Part shown: in pieces, positions 37,714-50,842 of the stretch
Layout: each line of letters opens with the position of its first letter
Numbering within the stretch: position 1 is the stretch's first letter
Assembly: GCA_030141605.1 (NCBI GenBank)
Contig: JAQGDQ010000885.1
Location: 1-64,000, forward strand
Length of the DNA stretch: 64,000 nt
DNA from: Tubiluchus corallicola
Taxonomy: Eukaryota > Animalia > Priapulida
Direction: 5' to 3'
Program-made: the position numbers and the translations under genes
The notes under the pieces: model-generated
The model's input: only the letters and a program-made list of their open reading frames with translations
Told to the model about the DNA's origin: nothing
Database searches by the model: none

Positions 37714-39102
37714 AACATGCTTTTATTCCTTTTCATGTATTGTTTTTATTTTTAAAAATAAATTTGCATTGTTTTGCCTATGTTCTTTTTTGCTGCACTA
37801 GATGTTGTGTAAGTTACATTCAGTGAAATTTAGCAGACCTCTCACTTTTGACTAAAGTGTGAGAAATAGACATTCATCACATCGTACCCAAATGTTTTAG
37901 CAACGAAAGAAAAGTTTTCTGCCTACTGATGTTATCTAATAGGAAACTGCATGAAATGAATTAACGTTACACACTATTGCGGGCGCCAGGAGGTGTGCAG
38001 GTTTGTGAAGACTGCCGGGAAGTCAACCTACAGGCGCTGCATACCTACAAAGGACTACACAAAAGAGCAAAAAGACAAGAGATTATAGGTAATTGTAAAA
38101 ACTATACTGTACATTAGCTACTATCAAAAGAGTCACAAGAATGTTAGAAAATTCAGCCCCGGTGACAAGGGACACCGACAAAGATGACCTAAATTTCATG
38201 AACACTACGTTTAACTTGCTTTGCGCATGCGCATAGCTAGACAACACATGAAAAATTTAAAGAAGCCCGTAACACAGCCCTCTTCTTAGTCGCTACTTGT
38301 CAAGAAATGGTATTCTATCTTCCAAAGGAGGTAGCAAAACGATGATGTAGTCCCTGAATTCAACTTTTTTTGTTGGTTCGAGAAATACAAAAACTGCCTT
38401 TTCTTTACTAGAAAACAGCATTTACTAGAAAAGCCGCAGAAAGTACAGCAGCTTTATATGAAACATTGTTGTACCATGTAGGTTAGAGTGTTCCAGTACG
38501 CGCCGCCGTCGACAGCGACAGTGACGAGGTTAAGCTAGCTAGCCAACGTGTGCAGAGAAACTCACGATAAGTACTGTTTATGGTGTTTTGTGATACGTTC
38601 AAAATCCCGGGTAAAGTTTAAGACAGTAGCTAAACTATAATTTGTGGTATATATTTGTTTATTAATTCTCAAATGTGTTTTTCTTATGTTAAATAATATT
38701 GAGTTTGTAGCTAATTGGTCGTTTGTCTACAAGCCTACAGAAAAACAATAAGCAACACATAAACAAAAGGTGTTTATAATGAAAATTTAATCTTGATAAA
38801 AAAGTTCAATCTATAAGAGAAAAATTTATCTTTTTTTTTATTGTTGAAATTTAATGTTTAAACCTTGGAAGCTTTGGTTACACGTCACTGAAATTTCAAA
38901 AATAAACTATAGATTTGGTAATTGGAGTCAAATCTCGTTATAACTCCCCCTTTATATTGACAACCTCAATTAACACAAAATTTTTAGCAAAACAAAATAT
39001 GTAAAAGAACCTATATATCAGTCTGGTAATAATGTCTAGAGTCCCATACTGACATTAGTTCATTTTATTGACTTACTATCAGAAATTAGTATCACGAATG
39101 CA

Positions 39103-39138
<36 letters not shown>

Positions 39139-40561
39139 TAGATCGTGCTTATCACAGTGCCGTCTTCTATTTGTGGGCCACGTAATGTGACAAAAGGGCA
39201 CCACTGCCAATCTTAGTAGATTCACTGAGCCGCGCGTAGCTTTAAAAGTTTAGCAAAATTTGAGGATCCAAGGTAATTATTGTTTATTCTAAGCTTTTTC
39301 AAAAAACGTCTGTAGTTTTCAATATTTTAGAGAATTCTTTATTCTGAACTAATGTTTACACAATTATCTGGTTTTCCTTTAAGATTGCGTTTAACCATAA
39401 TAATTATTTAGCGAAAATTTTCTGAGACTTGCTTTAACTAGGCCTTTTCTTGTCCTTTAAGCAAATGTTGGAATTGCCTAAAAAGCGAGCTTATTTCACT
39501 TCAAAAAGATTAATACAAAGCCAAATTTAATATTGGCCGTCCTACTAGCTCAGAATAAGATTCTTTATCAGATGTATAATAAATATTATTCAACGTGTAT
39601 TGACGTTTTCAATTGTTATTATTAAATAAACAATGACAACTGACGCTGCCAGCACGGTTAACGACTCAGTGCGTGACCTGCCTCTAGTGTCCTACTTGGG
39701 CTAGCCCGTGTACTACACGTCCTACTTCGCCTAGCCCGTGTACGCTAACTGTCTTATTTCGGCTATTGGCCTATGTTCGTTATGATTCAATTTTAATCGC
39801 TTCTATTAAAATTCCATTCTCATCATTTAATCTTATGAGTAAGTATGTACAAGCTAATAGACAAAGCGGTAAAAGCGGCGATAAGCAAATTTTTACATTC
39901 ATATGTTATTACAACATTGACATGAGACATTGTATAATTATAAGTTATACCTACATCATACTATCATTAGTATTTTATCTCTACCATAATTACCACATAC
40001 TAAAACTTCACGTTACCAATTTTACCAGTATCAAACTTTCCTGCATTTGTGATGGCACTTGTGGGCCTACTGTTGCGGCAAAAACATATGTGTTTAGTAA
40101 TTCCAGTGACGATTCGAGGTCCTCCTAGTTGTATAGTTAGCACTGCTCCAACGTACATATGCCATCCTCTAGCAAAACCTAATCTGGCTTCTCTTACATC
40201 AGACATACTTAGGGTTGCAGAAATTGCTTCAAGTGGTACGGTGCCGTCAATTATGCCCAGTGGCATCCCTTCCAGCTATAAATTGCACAAACATTTATTA
40301 CATTTATTATCATAAGGCTTCTTATCCTCAAAGATATCCTAGTTATAAGTACACATGCAATGATTATCTCTTCATGCTGCTGAATCTGTTATTAACACAT
40401 CTACGGAGAGACTATATGCCAACCAAGGACAGGACGACAAGTTTACTAAAAATCTAACAGACCACGGATCAAGAGTTTTTGTGATAAATAAACCAATGAA
40501 TGAATAAATCAACCTGAACAAAATTTAGAAGAAGCTTGCAATTCCCCAAACAATTTAAACA

Positions 40562-41349
40562 CCCAAACCCTAACACTAACCTTAACCCCAACTCTAATCC
40601 TAACCCTAACCCTAACACTAACCTTAACCCCAACTCTAATACTAATCCTAACCCTAACCCTAAACATAACACTAACCTTAATCCCAACTCTAATCCTAAA
40701 CCTAACCCTAAGCCTAACACTAACCTTAACGCCAACTCTAATGCTAACCCTAACCCTAATCCTAACACTAACCTTAACCCTAACTCTGATCCTAACCCTA
40801 AACCTAACCCTAACACTAACCTTAACCCAAACTCTAATTCTAATCCTAATCCTAACCCTAAGCATAACACTAACCTTAACCCCAACTCTATTCCTTACCC
40901 TAACCCTGAGCCTAACACTAACCTTAACCCCAACTCTAATCCTAATCCTAACCCTAACCCTAAGCATAACACTAACCTTAACCCCAACTCTACTCCTAAC
41001 CCTAACCCTAATCCTAAAACTAACCTTAACCCAAACTCTAATTCTAATCCTAATCCTAACCCTAAGCATAATACTAACCTTAACCCCAACTCTAATCCTA
41101 ATCCTAACCCTAATACTAACACAGACCTTAACCCCAACTCTAATCCTAACCCATACCCTAATCCTAACACTAACCTTAACCCCAACTCTAATCCTAATCC
41201 TAACCCTAATACTAACACTGACCTTAACCCCAACTCTAATCCTAACCCTTACCCTAATCCTAACACTAACCTTAACCCCAACTCTAATCCTAATCCTAAT
41301 CCTAACCCTAAGCATAACACTAACCTTAACCCCAGCTCTAATCCTAACC
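40562..41349. repeat. Degenerate telomere-like (CCCTAA)-hexamer array with higher-order units
   Basis: ccctaa/tcctaa/cactaa/ccttaa/ccccaa/ctctaa hexamers in phase; recurring 42-54-bp blocks. Confidence 0.9.
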
Positions 41350-41857
41350 CCCCCTTATCTGCTGCACAAACTAATTTCTTGTGTGTGGGGAATTGTAAAC
41401 TTTAGCCAAAACTTTTACTAACGTAGCAAAAAAACCCAACAAATTTACTAATCGAAAAATTGATAGATAAATGAATCAAATGGTTCAAAGGTCAACCATG
41501 CAATAGCCAGTAGCAGCTGCCTTTAGCTCATAAAATATTTACATAGAAACCCCAGAAACAAATAAACTGACTATATGAATTTAAGTTATAGAATGCCACT
41601 ATATCATATATTACCCATTCACTTCAGACTCGCTCCCTGTTTTTCGAGACGGTTTCAATTATGTGTTAAATTATGTATTACACATACCCCTATATGATAG
41701 TAAATTACATCACAACCCTCTTCGTCTGCAAATGTTTCACTGTCCGTATTTATTTCTCCTTCAATGAAACGCTCAGCAAAATATTGACACTTTTTCTTGT
41801 CACTATTGTAGTTTGCTGAGAGGAATTTGTTCAGTAGAGAATACGCACATTCTAGCT

Positions 41858-42010
41858 TGCTGAAAATAATGATTGATTTTATACACTTCAGATGGCGTGA
41901 CAATCGTTGATTGGTGAAAATAATGATTGATTTTATCCACTTCAGATGGCATGACAATCGTTGATTGCTGAAAATAATGATTGATTTTATCCACTTGATA
42001 CGGCATGACA
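41858..42010. repeat. 54-bp tandem repeat, about 3 copies
   Basis: tgaaaataatgattgattttat.cactt starts at 41861, 41915 and 41969. Confidence 0.85.
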
Positions 42011-42383
42011 AACTAAGATTTTATAACTAACTTTTACTATTCGAGGCGGTTTTCTGGTGATTTAGAAGAAGTGGTGTTATTCGTCGATTCGAATTTTTAG
42101 GATTATCCATTGAAATTTTATTGTCTCTTTCATTTTGAAATGACATGGCAAGGAGTTTTTTCCAAAAAGTAGCAATTAGATGAAGGAACACTTAGTACAT
42201 AGAGATCTAAGAGTGAGCAAGATTACCCAAATTAATTACGCAAAAACTAAGATTATAAAAAACAATGAGGCCAACAGTTGCGCATCTGCTAATGTCGAAC
42301 AATGAGCTTCAGGCTTTACTAAAAACTACAAACTAGTTTAGTCGCTATTTTTTCTTCTTTTTCATGGTGACTACACTACTTCG

Positions 42384-43518
42384 CTAAAACATCAACTATG
42401 TTATTTTCAGTAAAGCCTCATCTATGTTAGTTTCAGTAAAACCTCATCTGTGTTATTTTCAGTAAAACCTCATCTATGTTATTTTCAGTAAAGCATCATC
42501 TATGTTTTTTCAGTAAAACATCATTTATGTTATTTTCACTAAAAGCTCACCTACATTATTTTTAGTAAAACATCATTTATATTATTTTCAGTAAAACATC
42601 ATCTATGTTATTTTCAGTAAAGCATCATCAATGTTATTTTCACTAAAACCTCATCTATGTTATTTTTCACTAAAACCTCATCTATGTTATTTTTAATAAA
42701 ACATCATTTATATTATTTTCAGTAAAACATCATTTATATTATTTTCAGTAAAACATCATCTATGTCATTTTCAGTAAAACATCATTTATATTATTTTCAG
42801 TAAAACCTCATCTATGTTAGTTTCAGTAAAACCTCATCTATGTTATTTTCAGTAAAACATCTTCTATGTCGTTTTCAGTAAAGCATCATCTATGTTATTT
42901 ACAGTAAAACCTCATCTATGTTATTTTCACTAAAACATCAACTATGTTATTTTCAGTAAAGCATCATCTATGTTATTTTCAATAAAACCTCATCTGTGTT
43001 ATTTTCATTAAAACCTCATCTATGTTATTTTCAGTAAAGCATCATCTATGTTATTTTCAGTAAAGCATCATTTATGTTTTTTTTCATTACAACATCATCT
43101 ATGTTATTTTCACTAAAAGCTCATCTACATTATTTTCAATAAAACATCATTTATGTTATTTTCAGTAAAACATCATCTATGTCATTTTCAGTAAAACATC
43201 ATTTATATTATTTTCAGTAAAACATCATCTATGTTAGTTTCAGTAAACCTCATCTATGTTATTTTCAGCAAAACATGATCTATGTCGTTTTCACTAAAAC
43301 GCATCTATGTTATTTTCAGTAAAACCTCATCTACGTTATTTTCAGTAAAACATCATCTATGTCGTTTTCACTAAAACCTCATCTATGTTATTTTCAGTAA
43401 AACATCATCTATGTTATTTTCACTAAAACCTCATCTGTGTTATTTTCACTAAAACCTCATCTATGTTATTTTCAGTAAAACCTCATCTACGTTATTTTCA
43501 GTAAAACATCATCTATGT
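42384..43518. repeat. 26-bp satellite, about 43 copies
   Basis: Unit ttattttcagtaaaacatcatctatg. Confidence 0.95.
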
Positions 43519-44051
43519 TTAGTGAATACTTGCATAATTTATAAATTTTTTAGCATGCACTGGATATACATTTTCGCAAAAAAATGTGATAGATTAACTG
43601 TGTGAATGGTGGTAAGTTTTCAAATTTTTCATAGCGTAATATATGAAAGGTTGGGAAGCTATTAAAAGTAGAAACTCAGTACAATGACAGTCGCCTATTG
43701 TCTTCAAGACTTGCGTTTGCGTTTCCAAGACTACGCGATGTTTGGAAGGCTTTGTGCAAAGCAGCGTCATTCTGGTTTATACTTTCAGCGTGTAAACTTG
43801 AACGTGAATCGACGAAAGAGATCTGCAAATTTTATTATCACTATTTTATTTTATTTTATTTTATTGTTCATATATACTTGTGTGTGTGTTTTTCTTTCTT
43901 TTTTGTTTTTGCAGATTTCTTTTGCACTGCCTGCCGCTAAGGTGAGTGATATTTTAATTACCAGACGCTTTCATGAACTATTGATTTATTTTAAAGATTG
44001 GGAAGATTGAACTCAGTTGTAGGTAGGCAGTATTATGAGTCATTTTCAAAA

Positions 44052-44799
<748 letters not shown>

Positions 44800-44801
<2 letters not shown>

Positions 44802-47800
44802 TAACTCAGAGAAAGCAACTAGCAGGTTTTTGTCTCGAGAGGTATAAATTTTACTAATGTTTTGAAATTGTAGGCTATTTGCAAGCGCTAATCTTTTATT
44901 TTCGTCGACCAAAGTACAATTAAAAAGCAAATGTTCAACTGTTTGTGCTTCCTCTGAGCATATACAGGCATTTTCGTGTATGTATCCAATTTTAAAAAGA
45001 AAATCTTTAAAGTTACCTTGCCCTAATAAAATACTACAAGATAGTTTTTCTAGCCTTCTGCTATTTGTATGAAAAGGAAGGTCTAGTGGAGTTAAAAATA
45101 CATTTTCAGGAAGAATAGACAACTCCTGGCATTGGTAGAGAGTACGGCATCTATTTTTCCATAGGTGTGTTATAAAATGCTCAATATCCTGTTTTTTGTA
45201 CTCAAGGATATTCAGTGGTATACTACCGTAATCAATAGTACGTGAATTATAATTTTTACATAATTTTAAATATTGACCACTAGAAGCCAGTAATTCTCGA
45301 ATGAAATGTCTATGACCGATTGTGGGATCACGACTAATCTCTATTATATGAGTTTTGACTAAATCTGAATCCGACATTGCTAGAGATTTTAGCATAAATT
45401 TTACTGTGATTCCCTTAAATATAATATCAAGTGGGGGTAGCCCACAAATTAACTCTAGTTTGTCTTTTGAGGGGTGAAAGTGACAAGCAGTAGCAGTTTT
45501 CATAACGTCATACAACAGATCGTCAAACAATGAGTGCTTTCTTACCATCCAGGCTGGAGCAGCATACATTATAATTGGTAAAACTAAAGTCTTAAATAGA
45601 GCAATGATAACACTGAGACTGAAGCCTTTATACAGCATGCTCTTACGCTTAATTGACATCCACCTATTCCAAGCTTGTCTTCTAACCTTACTTACATGAT
45701 TTTCAAATGACAAATTACTGTCGATTGTAACTCCTAAAACTTTACTACTTTGCACGTAACTAACATCATTGGTTCCAAATTTTAAGCAGTCGTTTAAATC
45801 ATGAAGGCCAAATGGAATTACTTCAGTTTTTCCTTGCGAGCAATTTAGTATCTGCCGCCATTTAAAACACCAATTATACAGTTTATCACAGCACAGCTGA
45901 CTAGTTCTAAGCGTTTCATTTTCGGAAGAGCAAGCTACAAGTATTGTTCCGTCATCTGCATATTTAAAATTATCAGTATTTGATATTGCTAAGATTTCGT
46001 CAAACATGTCGGACACATAAAAATTAAATAGCACCGGGGAGATGACTGACCCCTGTGGCAGACCTATCTTACAACAGTATTCCTGAGAAGTATAGTTATT
46101 GACCTTGATGCGCACATTCCTTTCATATAGAAAAGTCTTAATAAGACCCAGAATTCTACCTTTAAAGCCGGCCTCATATAGCTTAAACAGTAGACCATCC
46201 AAGCAGACGCTGTCAAAAGCGCGCTGGAAATCACAGCAGATAGACAGACAGACATCATTTTGTAGTAAATGCTTTTGAATATTTGATATTAAGCGAATCA
46301 AATAGCGACCGGTATTGCGACCTGCCATGAAACCTTCCTGCACTTCGTCTATCAGATCATTTTCAGATATGTAAGTTCTCAATCGATTTGACAGTAAACG
46401 TTCAGCAAATTTGCCAAAATAGGATGAGAGCGTCAGGGGTCGAAAGCTACCAGGATCCGTATAATTTGTTTTGCCTTCCTTTTTAATAAATATTACATTG
46501 GATTCGCGCCAAACCCACTCGCTTTTACTTAAACAAAGATTACACAAGTATAGAAAAACGGCCTTGGCCCAGAAGCCAAGGTGTTTAACCATCAGTGGAT
46601 GAAAGCCATCGCAGTCGGTGCTTTTGCCCTGCGTGACTGTTTCTTTTATTGCAATGTTTAGTTCATCCATTGTAAAGTTACAGTTTATAGCAAGGGGCAC
46701 CATGCCTCTATAATCATAGCGAGAAACTTCCCCCTCTACTTGCTGCTGCCAAAAATAATCAAAATTTGCACCGTTTACGTGATCTCCACTTAAAAAATTT
46801 TTGTATAGTACCTCACAAATATCTTGATTTTCGCTATATATGTTTCCTTCATATTTTAGCATGCCGATATCTGAATTTGCTCTACCAGTAAATATTTTCT
46901 TATATTCTCTCCAGAATGCATTACTTTTACGGACATTTAAGTTGACACACTTTTTATAAAGCCAGTTATCAGCAGCTGTGCGAAGTTCTTCATCAAACTT
47001 AGTCTTTTCTTCAAGATACCGGTTCCTATTGTGAATATTAGAATGCTTTAGATAGATTTTTCTCATCCTTCGTACATTGTTTGACAAAAAACTTAAGTTT
47101 TGAGTCCAAAACGGTTTTGAGTGATTACATATAACTTTCTTTGGTAGTACAGCTTCATTGCTGTTTTTTATTAATTTCTGAAACAACTGCCACAGCTCAA
47201 TAGGGTCCTCTCGCATTATAGCATCGTTAAGCAGCGCAAAATTAGAGCGCAAACTATTTTCTAAATAACCTGACCAGCTATGCCAATTACTGCTTTTGAA
47301 ATCGAAGACAGTACGCTTTGCTGTAGTGCTATAGTTATGGAAAGATGCACCTAACTTAGTAATGACTGGAAAGTGGCCCATTAACGGAGCTCCACTAAAC
47401 AATTCAACCTCGTCGTCAACGCTTTGTGTCACCGGTAATGACGCAAGATTGTTTGTTAGCAATACAATATCAATGATGCTTTTGCCGTGGGCTGATTTAA
47501 ATGTTTCAACCAAGGGTGCAACAGGCAGTACTGGATATGTACTAGACCATACAAAGTCATTTAAAAGTTGCCCTTGTGAGTTAGTTTTTACATCCCACAT
47601 AAAACTTCTACTATTCAGATCTCCAGTTAACATAACACCGTCTAGGCTTTGTTGATCAGAAAATAGGCAGGCCTTTTTGAAAGAAGCTAGCATTGATTGC
47701 ATGTGCTCGACTTTGTTTGGCAGAACATATACAGAAGCTACAATCATTTTCAAACCTTTGCCTTTAACTAAAACCCAAATTGTATCTGTGTTGTTATCTT

Positions 47801-48059
47801 CTAATTCGTGTAGTCTGCAACTAATCAATCCATTTTTTACGAATACTGCACATCCACTTGTATTTGGGTCCTTATTTTTGACATAACTTTGATAATTAGT
47901 TAGAGTCACATCATCGTATTGTTTAGCTTTCACTTCCTGTACTGTAACAATATCAAAGTAGTAGGAGTTTACATACTTGTCTAACGCATATTGTGAACGA
48001 ACAGAAAAAGTATTGATATTAATTTGGCATACACTGAGACACCTAGAAGATGCAGCCAT
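44800..48059 (-). CDS. LINE ORF2: AP endonuclease + reverse transcriptase + C-terminal CCHC; no stop before the (TC)n tract
   Basis: APE motifs (QININ, VQE, GDLN, SIIDIVL, GHFPV); RT motifs (FRPLTLSS, QEGF, DFQRAFDSV, GLPQGSVISP, YADD, KVLGV); CICSEEAQTVEHLLFNC. Confidence 0.94.
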
Positions 48060-49234
48060 TAGATACGGTTAAGTCTTTTTAACTGATCTAAGTATGTAGA
48101 GCAATTCTTGGAATTGGCTTCATGCTCACTTTTGCAATTGTAGCACTTTATCTCTTTGCTGTTGCATTCAGATGTTTTATGCAGATTTCCGCATTTACCA
48201 CAGTTGGCTTTATTTCTGCACCACTTAGCAACGTGTCCAAAAGACTGACACTTGTAACAGCGTAAAGGTGTTTGTTTTCGGATATATTGTTCTACTTCGC
48301 ACAGAAGATGTTTTATAGGAATTCCCTCCTGTATTGCACGTTGTAATTCAACGTCTGAGCTAAATTTCACCTTAACTATTGGCATATTGGCTCCGTTCTT
48401 CCGTTTAAATCGCTCTACTTCGATTACTGGGAACTTCTGTTCAATTGCCGCCTTTATTTCGTCTTCAGTCAATTCCGGGTCACAGTCTTTGATCACTCCA
48501 ATAGAGTACTTATTTGGTTTTCTGACTTTCGTGTCGGTACCCATATAAGTTGGGTTCCATGAGCTTATTATTTCATCGGCAGTTTCAGAATCTTTTAACT
48601 GAATTTGTATGTTTCCTCGAGCAGTTCTGTAGGCTATTTCAAATCTTACACGTGGAAAATACTTACACAGATTTGTTTTAATTGATGCGCTGGTCTCTAC
48701 AAGTTTTTTGTCTTTAACATTTTCTATTATAACTGTTCTAGCTGGATCATATTGAACAATGGGATTTTGTGTATTTGGTAACTGACGATTTCGAGAAGTA
48801 ACAGACGTTTGCATGTCTTTTTTCACAGCATTGCTATAGGAAGTAAGGCCGGAAGGTCTGCGTTCTGTTCCCCACAGCTTTTCTATTGATTGTTCTATCT
48901 GATTTAGTTTATCCATGACAGGATCACCTGATATTTTTTTCAGCCGGTTTAATATTTCGGTCAGCTTGTTGATATCGTTCTCTTCCTGAATGAAATGAAT
49001 TATTTCAGTTTTTAGTAGATCAAGGAAGCCTGCTTTGTTAGCATCATTCGACGCTTGGGGTTTTGGCTCCGACTGCGTCCCAATAGTTTCAGTCTCAGAG
49101 TCTGATTCGTTATCATTTGAGAACTTGTGAAAACAGCCAACGCACACCTCGCAGTATATTTCTCTTTTTGTTATTTCCTTACTGCGTCTACAAATAGTAC
49201 AGCTTTTCCTGGCTAGTCCGCCAGAGGTACTCAT
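48059..49234 (-). CDS. LINE ORF1 gag-like nucleic-acid-binding protein (391 aa)
   Basis: Three C-terminal CCHC knuckles (CYKCQSFGHVAKWC, CGKCGNLHKTSEC, CYNCKSEHEANSKNC) and N-terminal CxxC..CxxC. Confidence 0.92.
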   Translation of the reverse strand: MSTSGGLARKSCTICRRSKEITKREIYCEVCVGCFHKFSNDNESDSETETIGTQSEPKPQASNDANKAGFLDLLKTEIIHFIQEENDINKLTEILNRLKKISGDPVMDKLNQIEQSIEKLWGTERRPSGLTSYSNAVKKDMQTSVTSRNRQLPNTQNPIVQYDPARTVIIENVKDKKLVETSASIKTNLCKYFPRVRFEIAYRTARGNIQIQLKDSETADEIISSWNPTYMGTDTKVRKPNKYSIGVIKDCDPELTEDEIKAAIEQKFPVIEVERFKRKNGANMPIVKVKFSSDVELQRAIQEGIPIKHLLCEVEQYIRKQTPLRCYKCQSFGHVAKWCRNKANCGKCGNLHKTSECNSKEIKCYNCKSEHEANSKNCSTYLDQLKRLNRI

Positions 49235-49632
49235 TTTGAAGAAGGTATAGCGTAATCAGGATATAATAGATGCCTTATAATGCCCGAGGATGTCAAGGGG
49301 AACGTCTTTGTCACAAGGAACTGATTTTCCTTAAATTACCATTGATTGTTAACGACCCGATTAGGGCCTTTTGTGTAGGTCCTCCACTAATTCTCGGCGT
49401 TTGGTTTTCGCGCCAAATCCACACAATATAGTTCTTATAACAATGTTTATTTCGTTGATAACTTTAATAAGATCAATTATCACAGAATTTAAATTACATC
49501 ACTGAAACCGCGTACTATTCATACACACGTAGGTATAAAATTTATAGAACATAACACGGTATAAAGTTGTTAAAATTGACTTCAAAATATGAACAGCTTT
49601 GATAGCAACTTTACTTCGTCACGGTCACCATC

Positions 49633-49660
49633 AAGAGAGAGAGAGAGAGAGAGAGCAAGA

Positions 49661-49691
<31 letters not shown>

Positions 49692-49813
49692 CAAGAGAGA
49701 GAGAGAGAGAGGGAGAGAGAAAGAGAGCAATTAAGAGAGGGGGAGTAAGAGAGGAAGAGGGGGAGAGAGCAAGAGAGAGAGAGAGAGTAAGCAAGAGACA
49801 GAGAGAGAGTAAG

Positions 49814-49863
<50 letters not shown>

Positions 49864-50020
49864 TGAGACAGAGAGAAAAAGCAAGAGAGAGAGAGAGAAA
49901 GCGAGAGAGAGAGAAAGCAAGAGAGAGAAAGTGAGAGGGCAAGAGAGAGAGAGAGAGAAAGAGAAAGCAAGAGAGTGAGAGGGAGTAAGAGAGAGAGGGG
50001 GAGAGAGCAAGAAAGAGAGA

Positions 50021-50051
<31 letters not shown>

Positions 50052-50111
50052 CAAAAGAGAGAGAGAGAGAGAAAGAGAGAGTGCAAGAGAAAGAGAGAGA
50101 GAGAGAGAGAC
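49633..50111. repeat. Compound (GA)n microsatellite, unit B, right of the LINE
   Basis: Directly visible in the sequence. Confidence 0.95.
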
Positions 50112-50842
50112 AATGGATTGTACTTGCAAATTATATCTGTGAGCTTATTATAATCTAGGAAGCAGTAAGCAAAATTGTGTAGAATGTCCGTGCATTATTG
50201 ATCAAGGGTGGATGGGTGTAACAGCATTTGCTATAGCACACAGTATCGACTTTGTACAAAATTGTCTTGCATGGTTTTACTATGATGCAGTCTGTAGGCG
50301 TTGGTGCTGTAGGTTGTCATTATTGATGTCGACATCATCATCATAGTCATCAACATCATCATCACCATGTGATGTGGTGGGTGTCCTGTGAATGATGTGC
50401 AGTGGGTATTGTGCTGTGGATGATGTGGTGGGGTGGTAAGGTATGTGAGGTATTGGCGGAGTGGTGTGTGTAGAGTGGGTGTGGTGTTGATGGTGTGGTG
50501 TGCATTGTAGTGTAGTGTGGGTGGCGTGTTGTGAGTGGTGCAGTGGGTTATTAACAATCAAAAATGTCAGGCCACGCATCCATTTGTAGGGTTGTCGTTG
50601 TTACTTTTTTCAGAATGCTTTCAGACTAAAAGAAAAATGTAATTTTAAATTACAGAATTTCAACAATGCCGTCACAATGATAGTCGTGGAAACAATAAAG
50701 CAAAAATGACAAATTCGAATGGAATAGAATTTCGAATGGAATTCGAATGGAACTGTGTAACAAAGTGAGTTTTGGAGAAGAAATGTGTCAATGAATATGC
50801 TGCAGTTAGCAATGAGGGAGCAACATTTCTTGATAGAGTGAC

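Larger units (their letters stand above)
33875..38729 (+). repeat. Segmental duplication unit A (matches 43757-54572 without the LINE, and 61124-64000)
   Basis: Collinear near-identity across the UTR introns, CDS and about 1 kb of 3' flank. Confidence 0.92.
44800..49632 (-). mobile_element. Near full-length APE-type non-LTR retrotransposon (I/Jockey/R1-like architecture) inserted in a (GA)n tract
   Basis: About 400-nt 5' UTR and uninterrupted ORF1 and ORF2; both ends abut GA repeats; absent from the equivalent tracts of duplicates A and C. Confidence 0.93.

Noticed and set aside
37149-37736. 195-aa antisense ORF (also 52720-52974)
   Set aside because: Shadow of the cadherin CDS; not kept at full length in copy B.
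40000-40266. GIIDGTVPL resembles the Harbinger transposase GAIDGTH motif
   Set aside because: No other motifs or TIRs recognised; would need tBLASTn/HMM support.
40469-41421. NPNP / LTLT / RVRI ORFs
   Set aside because: Stop-free frames of the hexamer array; open in several frames on both strands.
42384-43518. CRISPR-like regular repeats (also the 69-bp and 54-bp arrays)
   Set aside because: Head-to-tail units with no unique spacers, no cas genes, and a eukaryotic context.
43684-44010. MTVAYCLQ... ORFs repeated at 33757 and 61053
   Set aside because: Duplicated intronic/UTR sequence including a pyrimidine tract; length and frame differ among copies.
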